In this document: piece after piece, positions 11,325 to 22,620 of the stretch
How positions within the stretch are numbered: position 1 is the first letter of the stretch
Layout of the letters: each line of letters opens with the position of its first letter
Origin: Patescibacteria group bacterium
GTDB taxonomy: Bacteria > Patescibacteriota > Microgenomatia > Levybacterales > UBA12049
Direction of reading: 5' to 3'
NCBI GenBank assembly: GCA_035510555.1
Contig: DATKGX010000048.1
Location: 12,148 to 76,147 of the forward strand
Length of the DNA: 64,000 bases
The notes under the pieces: generated by a model
Seen by the model: the letters and a program-made list of their open reading frames with translations, nothing else
What the model was told of the DNA's origin: nothing
The model's database searches: none
Translations under genes and position numbers: made by a program

Positions 11325-11914
11325 TTTTTGGCGACAAACCACATATTCATACCCAACTCAAAAAAACCACTTCTTATGTTGGCCTGACTAAATCCTCCAT
11401 CTCCGATTATATCCTCTATTCTTTCTTTTGAGTGATTGTGTTTATGCTCATGAATCTCCTCGGCGCTTATCAGTCCCACCTTAGCCATTTGATGCAACAG
11501 TTTATCGGACCAGGGAGCAGGTGTTGTAATAATTAATAATCCACCTTTTTTTAAAATTCGATATATTCCCTTAATAACTGGCATTAAATCATTATGCTCG
11601 ATGTGCTCAAATACTGCCAACATCGTAACAACATCAAAAAAAGCATTTTTAAATGGGAGCTTTTGCTTAGCAACGTCCAACCTTTGGAGATTAATGTCGT
11701 CAACTGATAATGAATTAAGCGATGGATCTACCCCGTATTTCTGCTTAAAATTTATCGTTGTTAAAAAGTAAGGAAAAGAACCACACCCGATGTCCAAAAT
11801 CTTTCCTTGTCTAAAAGCTTTTGAGATAAGAGCATTTGCTTTATTCGCCCGCTCCCTGGCTAAAAGACCTTCTAATAATCCCCATCCTCTTGTTATATTA
11901 ACTGCGTCAGACAT
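11321..11914 (-). CDS. Class I SAM-dependent methyltransferase
   Basis: ILDIGCG motif I, LPF..FDVV..AVFEH, RILKKGG. Confidence 0.88.
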   Translation of the reverse strand: MSDAVNITRGWGLLEGLLARERANKANALISKAFRQGKILDIGCGSFPYFLTTINFKQKYGVDPSLNSLSVDDINLQRLDVAKQKLPFKNAFFDVVTMLAVFEHIEHNDLMPVIKGIYRILKKGGLLIITTPAPWSDKLLHQMAKVGLISAEEIHEHKHNHSKERIEDIIGDGGFSQANIRSGFFELGMNMWFVAKK

Positions 11915-11932
11915 ATTAATCTAAAGACTCTT

Positions 11933-13435
11933 TCATTTATTTTTATGCCAATCTTCTACTGCTTTATACACAGAACTTGGATTAACACTAACCCAACCGT
12001 TCTTTATCAATTCAGCGCTATTAGATGAATTCATGTCGAAAATTTGATAGTTATCGTTACCACTATTAATAGTGGGCAATGCACTAAACTGCAGCATGGC
12101 TCCTTTGGTGGCCTGCATTATTCCAATTTTCAATCCATTATCGTCAAGCTTATTTTGACTTTCTAAATATAACGACAGGGGTAAACTATATCCGGCAGCT
12201 TTGTAATTATAATCATATATAGCAAATTTCTGATTGGGGTACTTATGCACCAAAGTATTTTGCCAGCTACTGGCTATTGCGGCTGTAGTATTAGTCGAAT
12301 TTAGAATTATTGAATAATCTTGGCGCAAACTTCCTATCGCCAGCAAAAGCAATAGTAGTAACCCCAGATATAAATTTTTCTTCCACAACCAAAAAATTGC
12401 CAATGCAGAAAATAATAAAATAAACGGATGTAAGAAAACCAGATAACTATCAAACAGAGGGTTTCTGACATAGCGCATGGCAATCGCTATTAAGATGAGG
12501 CTCCCAGCTAACGCTATCCATAATTTGTTGATATCCCGCTTGAAAATCTTTTCAATTAAGAGCAGGGAGAACAAAAGCCCTGTTAAATATGCTATTGCTG
12601 TATATCCTCCGATTATTAAAGCCCAAGCATGCGGCCAAAAAACAGTTAGGTAGGTCGACCATCTTCTACCCAAAGCGTCATAGGAAGTTTTGTACTGTCC
12701 ATGCAGCAAATAATTAATTAGCCCCAAACTGTTAACGAAATTATTGCGAAAATCAAATATTATCAGTGGTATGGTAGGAATTATTAAACCAAGAATTAGT
12801 ATTGCCCACGATTTGACGTCTTTGATTTTTAAGGTGAGTAGAAAAATGGGGAGGACGATAATTAATAACACTCCTTGAAGATGAGTCGTGGGAGCCAATC
12901 CAAAGGATAGTCCCAATAAAAAAAGGTACTTCTTCTGTTTTGTTTTTGAATATTTTATAAAAGTAAGAATCGCCAAGGCGGATATAAAGCACATTGGAGC
13001 GGTTAAAGTCAGATTAGTAGCTTGAGCTATTTGCGCAGTTGAAACTGCAGTCAGAACTCCTACCAACAGACCGAAATACTTTCCTTCCAGCTCTTTTCCG
13101 ATTAATACCATTAATAAAACAAATAAGGCGTAAGAGAGCGTAATAATTAACCATGGCGTTATCACTGATGGAGGATAGATTAAAGTGGCGATCATTAGAA
13201 ACCAATACCACAAACCGGATGTTTGGAATTGCGCTCCGGAAGCAAATGGACCAACTAAGGGCAGGTGCCAGACGCTAATTGCGTATCTGGCCAAAAGTGC
13301 ATCGTGGGCCTGGTCATAGGCTAATCCCCAGCGATTAGCATAATTAATAAATCGGAGAATAAAAGAGATAATAAGAATTAAAGCCAACGAAACTGCGAAT
13401 TTCTTAGCTAAAATTTTTTTAAACATTTCGTGCAT
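11933..13435 (-). CDS. ArnT/PMT-like GT-C glycosyltransferase
   Basis: LRF..AYDQAHD, LPLVGP, polytopic. Confidence 0.72.
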   Translation of the reverse strand: MHEMFKKILAKKFAVSLALILIISFILRFINYANRWGLAYDQAHDALLARYAISVWHLPLVGPFASGAQFQTSGLWYWFLMIATLIYPPSVITPWLIITLSYALFVLLMVLIGKELEGKYFGLLVGVLTAVSTAQIAQATNLTLTAPMCFISALAILTFIKYSKTKQKKYLFLLGLSFGLAPTTHLQGVLLIIVLPIFLLTLKIKDVKSWAILILGLIIPTIPLIIFDFRNNFVNSLGLINYLLHGQYKTSYDALGRRWSTYLTVFWPHAWALIIGGYTAIAYLTGLLFSLLLIEKIFKRDINKLWIALAGSLILIAIAMRYVRNPLFDSYLVFLHPFILLFSALAIFWLWKKNLYLGLLLLLLLAIGSLRQDYSIILNSTNTTAAIASSWQNTLVHKYPNQKFAIYDYNYKAAGYSLPLSLYLESQNKLDDNGLKIGIMQATKGAMLQFSALPTINSGNDNYQIFDMNSSNSAELIKNGWVSVNPSSVYKAVEDWHKNK

Positions 13436-13436
13436 A

Positions 13437-15134
13437 TTATTTTAGAGTAACTAACTGAAAAACCAAAGTGCTATCCCATCTTCTAATCTGGGACAATATC
13501 TTTATCTTATCAGTAGATATCTTACACGTTCCGTCGTCAACGTATAAAATTCCTTTTTCTCCGGTTAAATAAGGATAAGTTATGCCTGTCTTAATATCTA
13601 CTGAAATACCTGCTCTTACCGGACATGGTTCTTGGGTAATTTGGTATTTGGAAAAGGATGTATCGCCATAATTAGTGCCCTTGTTTGCTTCGATAACCTT
13701 TTGAATTTTTGCTGGATTATATTGGTTGTAAAATAGCAGAAGAATTGCGGGATTAACTTGGGCATTAGTTACAATAACCTTTTTGTAGTCCGGAGAATAT
13801 TTATTAATTTCGGTTACCAGTTGTTTGTATCCCTCTTGCCTATACCATGGCCGATGAACTATTTGTTGAACATAATACTGGTGCATGTAGTAAGCGAAAT
13901 TATAAAATGCAATCACCAACAGCAAGAGATAGAGAAATTTTACAACATTGTCTTTTTTGACTTTCTGCTTAATCTTTTCTTTTAACCAGATAAAGCCTAA
14001 TGCTACGATAATCGAGAACGCTGGAAATACTATTAGAGTACGCTGTAGATTCGGGATATCATCAAAAGTTAAGGCGCTCCCAACCGGGACAAGTAAAATC
14101 CAGCCAATTACAAAAAACGCCAGCTTCTTATTTAAGTTAAGGATTTTCCAGATGCCAAATCCCAGAAGTGGTAACTCAAATAGGTAGAGCAGTCCCATTC
14201 CCGGCACTCTGTATCTGTCAGGCAAGCCCGCGTCCGTAAATAAAAAGTCGTAGGAGAAATGCTTAAAATAATTATCCAAAAAAGTCAGCGAATAACTGGT
14301 TAACTTATTATGAAAAAACCGTGATTCAAGTGGCTTAATTCCCATTACGCCGTCTTCACGAATCTGCTCGTCTAATACAAGTTGTGTCTGCGGGTTTCCA
14401 AAGATCGAAAGCGTCCTAATCCGAAACGATAATTCCGGAGATTTAAGAATTAGTAAGACGGGAATAACAATCAATAACAGAAAACCCATAATTGGCAAAA
14501 TATTTTTTTTGGAGAATATTTTCTTTGTAAAAACCAGAAACAGCAAGGGCAAAAATAAAGGCAGAAAACTGCGGGCGGCCTGATAAATGAAGATGTTAAC
14601 GGCAAAAGCCAATAGGCTTAAAACCAGAAAATAATATTCGTTACGTTCTTCCCATAACAAATACAGAAGGATACCAAGAGACACAAAAAATACGACCAGT
14701 ACGCTTTCCGCGGAAACGCGGGACAAATTGATGTGCCAGGGAGATATGGCCAAGAAAAATGCCGCTGCTAATGCGATAGATTCCTTATTTTTATAAGGCT
14801 TAAAAAGCTGGCAAGTCAGGAAAAATACCACAATTATCGTCAACGAACCGAATATTGCGGAGGCAAAACGGGCAGAAAAGGCGCTTAAACCAAAAAGTGC
14901 GACAAATGGAATGGAAGCATACGAATATCCTGCAGGACTAAACAGAAATGATTTTAGATTTAAAGGTAAAAAATTGCCGGTGATTTCCCTACCCGTTTTT
15001 AGTATTGAATAAGCATTATAACCGAAGTACGCTTCATCCGTATGTAAACCAACCGGCACGTCGCCTAATTTATAAAATCTTAGGAAAAATCCAAGCGCGA
15101 AAATTAAAATTAAAAATAAATACTGTTTTTTCAT
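13437..15134 (-). CDS. ArnT/PMT-like GT-C glycosyltransferase
   Basis: TDEAYFGYNAYSILKTGRE, SARFASA, SPWHINLSRVSAES. Confidence 0.8.
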   Translation of the reverse strand: MKKQYLFLILIFALGFFLRFYKLGDVPVGLHTDEAYFGYNAYSILKTGREITGNFLPLNLKSFLFSPAGYSYASIPFVALFGLSAFSARFASAIFGSLTIIVVFFLTCQLFKPYKNKESIALAAAFFLAISPWHINLSRVSAESVLVVFFVSLGILLYLLWEERNEYYFLVLSLLAFAVNIFIYQAARSFLPLFLPLLFLVFTKKIFSKKNILPIMGFLLLIVIPVLLILKSPELSFRIRTLSIFGNPQTQLVLDEQIREDGVMGIKPLESRFFHNKLTSYSLTFLDNYFKHFSYDFLFTDAGLPDRYRVPGMGLLYLFELPLLGFGIWKILNLNKKLAFFVIGWILLVPVGSALTFDDIPNLQRTLIVFPAFSIIVALGFIWLKEKIKQKVKKDNVVKFLYLLLLVIAFYNFAYYMHQYYVQQIVHRPWYRQEGYKQLVTEINKYSPDYKKVIVTNAQVNPAILLLFYNQYNPAKIQKVIEANKGTNYGDTSFSKYQITQEPCPVRAGISVDIKTGITYPYLTGEKGILYVDDGTCKISTDKIKILSQIRRWDSTLVFQLVTLK

Positions 15135-15142
15135 TTCTTGGT

Positions 15143-16792
15143 TTATTTTTTGAGCCTATTTCTCAAAAGCAATATACCAACTATTAAAACTAATGATATC
15201 ACGCTTACGATGTCAGATAAAAGCCTTATCGGGGTTTCCTTAAATACTACTTTTACGCTATGTTCTCCGTTTGGGACATTGAATGTGATTAATCCCCGGT
15301 GGTTCATGTCTTGAAACTGAATGGGAGCTTTTATCCCGTCTACTGTTACTTCCCAACCCGGAAAATAAGCCGTATTATCCAAAATTCCCAATGTTGTCGT
15401 AGCCTTTACAGTAAAGGTGTGGAGATTTGATTTTCGTGTGACGTTAGCTACTCTGCCTTGCCCCGCAATGATATCGATTTGTTTCTGAGGAAGGATAAAG
15501 AATTCTCCTGCGGTCCAAATGGTATCGGTACGCAAGCTATAATCGGTAGTACCGGGATACGCCAGATAGAAACTGTCACTTCTGCTGGGAATGTATTCGC
15601 TAACTGTTACAAGCGGCAGAGCAAAAATAAGCACAACTAAAATCGTAGCCAACATAATAATTTTGTTGTACTTTAAGGAACTGAAAAAATAGAAAATTAG
15701 CATACATGACGCAAAGCCAGACAGAGCTGTAAATCTCCAAGGATATCCCAGTAAATTTAATATTGGCAAATGATCCCATAAAAACTTTGAGTAAGCGGTT
15801 GTGATAAACACTGACAAGACAAAAATTGTAAGCCAGAAGAGAAATTTTTTCTGCTTTTTAATTTTATGCATCATTGTAAATATTAAAGCTATAAAAGGAG
15901 CTATAAAATAAATTATTCCTATTTGAGGAGATAGTCCTCCCTTAATATTTACATCAGCACCGAATCCCCATTTGGAATAAAATAATTGCAAGAGAGGAAT
16001 GAAATTTTGATTATATAATGAACTGAAAGTAATTTTAGCCAGCGTGTATTTCGTTTCCATTATTGCAGGCAGAGCAAAAAAGGCAGACAAACAAATTCCC
16101 AGCACTAAAATTCCCAAAGGATAGACAACATCTTTGCGTTTTTTGATAAAAATTAGAGAGTAAGCTAGGAAAACCGGAGAAAAGATTAAAGCTATTCCAT
16201 TATGCGCCATTATAAATAAGGCATAAAAAATAGCGCCTAAGAAAACATCCCTAATTTTCTTTTCTTGTAAAACTTTATCTATAAACAGAAAAATTAAAGG
16301 AATAAAAACGAAACTGAGTATTTCCGCTACGTCTCCCCTAACATAGATATCCAGAAATCTGTATGGAAGGAGCATGTAAATAATGGCAACGCTAAAGGCA
16401 ACTTCTACTTTGGCTTGCCGCTTTAACCATGAGAATAAGAAAACAGGGGCAAGAATAAAACTGGAGCCGATTATGATTTTAAAAACCGTTTCAAAACTAA
16501 AGCCTAATAGGTGCAAAAGAGTCGCGATGAATCCAGGCAAAGGATAGAAAAAAATAAATAGAGGAGTACCATAACCGCTGTTTAAATCAGCTGCCCACCT
16601 GGCCGGAAATTGTCCGTCCATATAGCTTTTAAAATATGCTGCAAACCGAGCGACGTGGGCAAACCCATCATGGGATAAATAAAAGCCGGAATGAAGTAGG
16701 GGAATTAAAAAGAATATTCCAATTACCGTAAGAAGAAATATATGGATATTTTGCCTTATTAATCTGTGAATCTGTATTTTAAAAGCGACCAT
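15143..16792 (-). CDS. PTPS-related polytopic membrane protein, putative GT-C glycosyltransferase (start uncertain)
   Basis: SHDG..HVAR, PARWAADLNSGYGTP, VRGDVAE, YPWRF, YFPGW. Confidence 0.72.
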   Translation of the reverse strand: MVAFKIQIHRLIRQNIHIFLLTVIGIFFLIPLLHSGFYLSHDGFAHVARFAAYFKSYMDGQFPARWAADLNSGYGTPLFIFFYPLPGFIATLLHLLGFSFETVFKIIIGSSFILAPVFLFSWLKRQAKVEVAFSVAIIYMLLPYRFLDIYVRGDVAEILSFVFIPLIFLFIDKVLQEKKIRDVFLGAIFYALFIMAHNGIALIFSPVFLAYSLIFIKKRKDVVYPLGILVLGICLSAFFALPAIMETKYTLAKITFSSLYNQNFIPLLQLFYSKWGFGADVNIKGGLSPQIGIIYFIAPFIALIFTMMHKIKKQKKFLFWLTIFVLSVFITTAYSKFLWDHLPILNLLGYPWRFTALSGFASCMLIFYFFSSLKYNKIIMLATILVVLIFALPLVTVSEYIPSRSDSFYLAYPGTTDYSLRTDTIWTAGEFFILPQKQIDIIAGQGRVANVTRKSNLHTFTVKATTTLGILDNTAYFPGWEVTVDGIKAPIQFQDMNHRGLITFNVPNGEHSVKVVFKETPIRLLSDIVSVISLVLIVGILLLRNRLKK

Positions 16793-17460
16793 AAAGCGAT
16801 AGCCCCATCCTTGACTGTATTGAGCTTTTTACCCTCATCGTATCCTCTTGGATTTGCAGTTATTGATACCTCTTTTATCTTGTACCCTTGTTTTAATAAT
16901 TTCGCTGTTACTTCCGGCTCAAATTCAAAGCCTCTCGCGTTAAGCCTAATCGAGGAAATAGCCTTTTTCGGGAACAGTTTATAACAGGTTTCCATGTCGG
17001 TAAGCCACTGGCCATAGAGAAGACTGGTGACAAGACTTAAAAACCGGTTGCCAAAGTAGTGGATTATAAAGAGATGCTTTGCTTCTTCTTTTTTAAGATG
17101 CGGTGCCCTGTCCAACCTTGTTCCATAGACAACTTCTGTTTTATTGATTAGGATTGGCTTTAACAAGTCTTTGATTTGATTCGGGTTATACTCCAAATCT
17201 GCGTCCTGAATTATAATATAATCGCCTGTAGCATTTTTAATGCCTGTCTTTACCGCTGCGCCTTTACCTTGATTTTTTTCATGGAGAATAATTTTGGGAC
17301 CTTTAACTTTTTTCAACTTCTCTCTCGTACTGTCTGTCGAACCATCATCGACTACAATAACCTCATGCTCGACGGGAATATCGGCCTTCTTCAGCCTTTC
17401 TAAAATCTGCAGTATTGTTTTTTCTTCGTTAAATACCGGAACAATTATAGATAATTTCAT
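16759..17460 (-). CDS. GT2 polyprenol-phosphate glycosyltransferase (DPM1-like)
   Basis: SIIVPVFNE, VDDGSTD, NQGKGAA, QDADLEY, TDMETCYK, FEFEPE. Confidence 0.88.
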   Translation of the reverse strand: MKLSIIVPVFNEEKTILQILERLKKADIPVEHEVIVVDDGSTDSTREKLKKVKGPKIILHEKNQGKGAAVKTGIKNATGDYIIIQDADLEYNPNQIKDLLKPILINKTEVVYGTRLDRAPHLKKEEAKHLFIIHYFGNRFLSLVTSLLYGQWLTDMETCYKLFPKKAISSIRLNARGFEFEPEVTAKLLKQGYKIKEVSITANPRGYDEGKKLNTVKDGAIALWSLLKYRFTD

Positions 17461-19404
17461 TTATATTTTATATAAAACAGACGTTCCTTCTCTATTCACG
17501 ATTTGTAGTTTATTAAATCTCTGCGTGCACTCATTTTCCTGCATTATTAATAAATACTGATTATTACTTTTTTTCATAACATCAATAATATTTTGTTCGG
17601 CAGCAATTGGATTACTACAATTTATCATATTACTGACTATTTTATCTACATCATCTTTTCTGGCGTCGACTATCTTATTTAGCCCGCCAAAACCGGTAAG
17701 CTCATACTCATAATATATAGAGTGTCCGCTTAACGCAGAAAAAATCGGATTTCCAAATGAATCTTGGTATCTGCCTTTTACTAAGATTCTATTTACCACA
17801 ATTATTCCTTGATTTTGCGGTATTTTACTTATAACATTCGATTGCTTTACAATATCTGCGCCGATACCTCCGGAAGCCCCAGAATACGTTTCTATTATTT
17901 TAACCGTATCGGGTAAAAACAAAAATACAAGTATTAAAAATGTCGTCACTAGGATTATTTTATTTACTCTTTCTAACCTTTCTCCCAAAACTACTGCTGT
18001 TGGTATTACAAGAAGCATATACCCGACCCAGAAAAATTGGATTATAGAAAATGTCGAAACAGATTGAACAAATAAGCTCGGAATTAAAAAAGCCGCAGCA
18101 ATACTTGCTATCCAAAAGATATTCTGGGAGGTATAAAAATTTTTACTGAAAATTTTTTTTATGTCAAGGATAATTAAAATTCTAGTTCCTAAACTTGTCA
18201 GTATAAAAAATGCAATTGCAACTAAATAAAAGAAAGCGATATGAATATAGTTCCTTGATTCAATATATAGAGGAAAATTAACATTCCAATGCCAATGAAC
18301 AAATATCCATGCGCTGTCAATAAAATTCTTATAGATAAGAAACGGTGCAAACATAAGTCCGCCGGCTCCATAATTTACCGGTAGATACACCAGCGCAGAC
18401 AAAGCACCGGAAAAAATTAAAATTTTTAAGCAATAGGTACTTCTACTTTTGTATAATTCCCATAAGGCGACCATGGCCAAGCCAAAATAAAAAGTGATTC
18501 CCGCATAAATTTTTATCTGAGGAATAACTCCAATCACCAAAACCGGTAGCAAAAAAGACCACTTTTTTCCTTTTGAGAATAGCAGAATAAATCCAATTAA
18601 TGTAAAACTTGCAGAAATAACTATTGAAGGGTCTAACGCATTCGCAAAAGATTGAGTTATTCCAGCGGAACTATAGTTGTAATTTAAAAATTTATATAAA
18701 TAGCCAACGAAAAAATCAAAGCTTTGTATAAAATACATTAAAAAGATTAAAAACAGGGTAGTAATTTTCCCAAATTTTAAGAATTTTGCAAGAGCCAGTG
18801 AGGAAAACCCGAGCAGAAAAGCAATAAATAGGGGAAAAAATCTAAAAAATAAGTCCAAAGGGTTAAAACGATAGAATTGGGCGAAATTTGAGATTAAAAA
18901 ATCATAGAAGAAATTATATCCTTTCAGCGGAACTCCGGCCAACCCCGGGTGGAATGGAGGGAAATTGGAAATTAAACTTCCAATCAAGGCTAAATGATAA
19001 ACCGAATCTTGCCCATTAACCCCATAGAATAGAACTTCACCACTCTTGTAGGCTCCCGAATTCCAAGTGGTATAAGTCATAGCGATTGTTCCCAAAAGAA
19101 GAACCAAAGTCTCCGGAGTTAAGAATTTTGTTACTTTTACGTTGTTTTTAAATTCGGAGTATGAATTTTTTAATTCGAACAGTAAAGCAAGTGGAATTAT
19201 TAAGTTATAAGCAAATGGAATTTTTATCCAAGACAAAATATAGGTAGAAAATAAAAAAGCAGCTAAACCCACAATTAGAGACGAAGAAAATGTAACCAAA
19301 AAACTGGCGAATTTATAACCGGAGATCCTAAGTAGTAATCGCCCCGGTAAATAAATTATCAAAGATACCAGAGTGAAAAAAAAGATAAAATTTAGTAGCT
19401 CCAT
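17461..19404 (-). CDS. Polytopic membrane protein, probable GT-C glycosyltransferase
   Basis: GQDSVYHLAL acidic loop motif, PPFHPGLAG..YNFFYD, more than 12 TM segments, cluster context. Confidence 0.55.
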   Translation of the reverse strand: MELLNFIFFFTLVSLIIYLPGRLLLRISGYKFASFLVTFSSSLIVGLAAFLFSTYILSWIKIPFAYNLIIPLALLFELKNSYSEFKNNVKVTKFLTPETLVLLLGTIAMTYTTWNSGAYKSGEVLFYGVNGQDSVYHLALIGSLISNFPPFHPGLAGVPLKGYNFFYDFLISNFAQFYRFNPLDLFFRFFPLFIAFLLGFSSLALAKFLKFGKITTLFLIFLMYFIQSFDFFVGYLYKFLNYNYSSAGITQSFANALDPSIVISASFTLIGFILLFSKGKKWSFLLPVLVIGVIPQIKIYAGITFYFGLAMVALWELYKSRSTYCLKILIFSGALSALVYLPVNYGAGGLMFAPFLIYKNFIDSAWIFVHWHWNVNFPLYIESRNYIHIAFFYLVAIAFFILTSLGTRILIILDIKKIFSKNFYTSQNIFWIASIAAAFLIPSLFVQSVSTFSIIQFFWVGYMLLVIPTAVVLGERLERVNKIILVTTFLILVFLFLPDTVKIIETYSGASGGIGADIVKQSNVISKIPQNQGIIVVNRILVKGRYQDSFGNPIFSALSGHSIYYEYELTGFGGLNKIVDARKDDVDKIVSNMINCSNPIAAEQNIIDVMKKSNNQYLLIMQENECTQRFNKLQIVNREGTSVLYKI

Positions 19405-20336
19405 TACTTAAATTTACTTATAACTTCTTTATCTGATAAGATAAACTGTCTTTTAACTATTAAGCTGGTTATTATTATTTTTGGCAAAAGAATTAAAGCC
19501 TCAAAAAAGCCCAAATAGAATGCTAAGTCAAATCTAACTAGCGCCTGTGCTAAATGGTAAGGCAACCAGACAACGTGAGTAAGCCGCAAAGAAAAATCCG
19601 TAGCGTTTTCCCAAACAAAAATGAATTGATTTCTGTAAGCAATTGTCTTTATCGCAAAGCCTGAGTACTTACTCTTAATCGCGCCTTTTTCATGCTCATG
19701 TACGACAATGCTTTTGGGCTCAAATAGCACGTCAAATCCTGCTTTTAAAGCTCTGTAGGACAGGTCGATGTCTTCATAGTAGAATGGCGCGTAAAGTTCG
19801 TTAAATCCTCCCAGCTTTTCCCAGACAGACTTTCGAAAAGCCGCGCTTCCCCCACTGACCCAAAGAGTATTTGCTTTATTAACCTCTCCCCTTCGATGAA
19901 CTAAAAAACCTCTTTTCCACTCCCCTAAGCCGCGGCCCCGCAGAGTAACTTTATCACCCTCAATACTTTTATCCAAACAACCAACCGCAAATACTTTTGG
20001 ATCTGAAAAATGCTTCAATAAAGGTTCCAAAAAACCTTTTTCTGGACAAACGTCCGTATTTAAAAGAATCACTACCTCGCCTTTTGCAGCACTTACTCCT
20101 TTATTGACAGTTGGAGCAAAGCCTAGATTCTTGTCACCCACTAGAACTTTAAAATTCCGATGTGTCTTGGAAAATTCATTGAGAAAGTTTACGCTTCCAT
20201 CCGACGACCCGTCATCAACAACGATTATTTCGGCTTCCCCTAATTTATAAGCAGCGACTTCTTGATAAACCCTTCCCAGATTTTCCTTCAGTAGATTTTC
20301 CCCGTTATAATTTGGAATTATGACACTAATATCCAT
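19404..20336 (-). CDS. GT2 glycosyltransferase (rhamnosyltransferase-like)
   Basis: SVIIPNYNG, VDDGSSD, NLGFA..N, LLNTD, GGFNELY..YYEDIDLSYRA. Confidence 0.88.
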   Translation of the reverse strand: MDISVIIPNYNGENLLKENLGRVYQEVAAYKLGEAEIIVVDDGSSDGSVNFLNEFSKTHRNFKVLVGDKNLGFAPTVNKGVSAAKGEVVILLNTDVCPEKGFLEPLLKHFSDPKVFAVGCLDKSIEGDKVTLRGRGLGEWKRGFLVHRRGEVNKANTLWVSGGSAAFRKSVWEKLGGFNELYAPFYYEDIDLSYRALKAGFDVLFEPKSIVVHEHEKGAIKSKYSGFAIKTIAYRNQFIFVWENATDFSLRLTHVVWLPYHLAQALVRFDLAFYLGFFEALILLPKIIITSLIVKRQFILSDKEVISKFK

Positions 20337-20337
20337 A

Positions 20338-22620
20338 TTAAAATAGCGTATCGTAAAACACGATTGTATGCTTACCCTTAGGAGTTATTATACCTCTAAA
20401 GTTATAATCCGTAAGGTATACTGGGGTTTCTTTCCCGTCAATCGTTGCATGCCAACTCGGATAATAACTGTCTGTTAAAACCAAAAAGCTAACGCCTGGA
20501 TTATTTACACTAATCACAACTTTGTTATCCTGATAGTCGGTAATTACTGCCTTGCCTAGTCCCCAATTTGACTGAAACAATTGTTTATCGTTAACATTTT
20601 CTACCACTGCCCTTTTGTTAAGCAGAAAATTAACGTCAAATAGAGCATTAATCGCTTGTTGTTTTGAATTAGCCAAGAAAGTCGTACTGACAAAAAATAC
20701 TCTGGGAAAAGTCGTTACATTTTCATAAATTCTGACCACACCGTCCGTAAAAACCTGTGTTAGTTTTGGATTTTTAATTTCCTCCAAACTTAAAACATAT
20801 TTAACTCCCAGCAAATCCGTTGTTCTTGACAATGGATCTTGCGGAGTAATAATGCGGTTAAAACCAAAAGGCGGACTGATATTTGGCTCACCCCTAGCCG
20901 ACGCGGCCATCAATTCGCCATACCTTTGCAAATATAAAGGATCGTAGCCGTCAAGCGTTTGCAATTTATACATAATGGAGAAGTTGGGAGGAAGAATTCT
21001 TGAATCAGTTGCCATCACTCGAAAAGGTCCCGGCTGATTTTGTAAAAACGAAGTTATTGCAGTGGACGGAAAAAGATAGTCTTTGTTGGTAAAAGGTTCA
21101 AATTTCCAACCAAAGCGAAAAAGATCAAAGACAGTGATCAAAATTAATAGACTGACTAATGCCGCCATAAGCTTTTTATGAGAACTTAAAGCCAAGACTG
21201 ATAACGTAATTAAAGCGACAACGAATAACAGCGTCGGTAAAATCAGGTTTTGCTTAGCAATTGCCAAATTTTGACCCAATAAAATCTGCCTGTGGAAGAT
21301 TAGCACAAAAGACCAAAAACTAATTAATGCTATTCCAAAGATTCCCAACACGTAAAATATCAATTTCCTATTTTTACTGTTTATAAAATAATCTAACCCA
21401 AAGGCGGCTAAGACACTTAAAGAAAAATCAGCGATGAATAATAACCGCGTCGGCTGAGCGGTGGAAAGAAAAGGAATATCTAATTTAAAAGGAACTTTAG
21501 CAAAAATTGTCGGTAGGGCAAAAACTAAAGACAAAAATAAAGCTAATCCAAACAGAAAAGTGTTTTTATCTCTTCTAAAAATAAGCGCATAAAACGCCAT
21601 GACAAGCGGCACGATGCCAACGTAGCCGATAAATTCACCGTAATTCCAAATACCATAATAGTTAAGCGTTGCCGGATTGCCAAAAAAGTCCGGTGCAATA
21701 AATTGAATTAAATTCTGCCAGGGGATAAACCAACCGGCCTGAGTAAAACCTGGCAAATCGACGTTACGGGCGGAAAGGGCTATAAAATTTAACGTCGGCA
21801 ACCACTGGACAACCGTCAGAATCAAGAATAAAGAAGTAAGTATTATGAATAAGCCGAGTGTTTTGAGACGTTTTCCCTGCTGGAAAAAACGGAGGAGGGA
21901 ATAAACCAATGTAAATATCGAAAGGTAGAAGAACGTTTGCAGGTGCCCCGCAAAAAATGCAAAAACAAGGGCAAATAGAAACACTGCCGGCCAAATTGAA
22001 AATTGAAACTTAAAGATTGAAAATTTCCTGAGGTTTTCTTCCGACATTATTTTATCTATACTGAGTAGGATCAGAGGTAACCATAGCGCAGTCAACAATA
22101 TTGTTCCCCATTCCATCCAAGCAATCGAAAATCCGCAAAAAGCAAATGCAACTGCTCCCAAAAGACTGGCGGCTTTATTTAGTTTTAGATTTGCTAAGTA
22201 AAAAAACAAGAACAGACCGGCTAAAAGTGGTTGTAAAAAAATAATTAAGCCCCAGGCAGTAGAGAAAGGTAAAAGAAAAAATAGTAAGTTAAAAGGATAA
22301 AATACCCCGGACTGGAAATTAGCTAAAAGTGGTGTTCCGGTAAAATTATAGGGATTCCAGATTGGCAACGTGAACTTTTTTTCTGCATCAATTACCAATT
22401 GTTTCCATGGGATTTGCTGTCTAACCGGATCCGTAATCAGGAAATTTTTGTAAGGCAGGCCGTTCGGGTTTGTCTTGAAATATAAGTCCCGAAATGGGTA
22501 GTAAAGCCCAACGATTGTATCGGCAGGAATTGGCGATTGTCCCTGTAAAAATAGCGCTTTAAAAAAAACAAGAGTTAATAAAACGAAAAAGGCGATTAAT
22601 AATATCCTTAGCTTATTCAT
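20338..22620 (-). CDS. YfhO-family GT-C membrane protein
   Basis: PIWNPYNFTGTPLLANFQS, AGHLQ, PDFFGNP, LDGYDPL, LGVKYV, DSYYPSW. Confidence 0.82.
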   Translation of the reverse strand: MNKLRILLIAFFVLLTLVFFKALFLQGQSPIPADTIVGLYYPFRDLYFKTNPNGLPYKNFLITDPVRQQIPWKQLVIDAEKKFTLPIWNPYNFTGTPLLANFQSGVFYPFNLLFFLLPFSTAWGLIIFLQPLLAGLFLFFYLANLKLNKAASLLGAVAFAFCGFSIAWMEWGTILLTALWLPLILLSIDKIMSEENLRKFSIFKFQFSIWPAVFLFALVFAFFAGHLQTFFYLSIFTLVYSLLRFFQQGKRLKTLGLFIILTSLFLILTVVQWLPTLNFIALSARNVDLPGFTQAGWFIPWQNLIQFIAPDFFGNPATLNYYGIWNYGEFIGYVGIVPLVMAFYALIFRRDKNTFLFGLALFLSLVFALPTIFAKVPFKLDIPFLSTAQPTRLLFIADFSLSVLAAFGLDYFINSKNRKLIFYVLGIFGIALISFWSFVLIFHRQILLGQNLAIAKQNLILPTLLFVVALITLSVLALSSHKKLMAALVSLLILITVFDLFRFGWKFEPFTNKDYLFPSTAITSFLQNQPGPFRVMATDSRILPPNFSIMYKLQTLDGYDPLYLQRYGELMAASARGEPNISPPFGFNRIITPQDPLSRTTDLLGVKYVLSLEEIKNPKLTQVFTDGVVRIYENVTTFPRVFFVSTTFLANSKQQAINALFDVNFLLNKRAVVENVNDKQLFQSNWGLGKAVITDYQDNKVVISVNNPGVSFLVLTDSYYPSWHATIDGKETPVYLTDYNFRGIITPKGKHTIVFYDTLF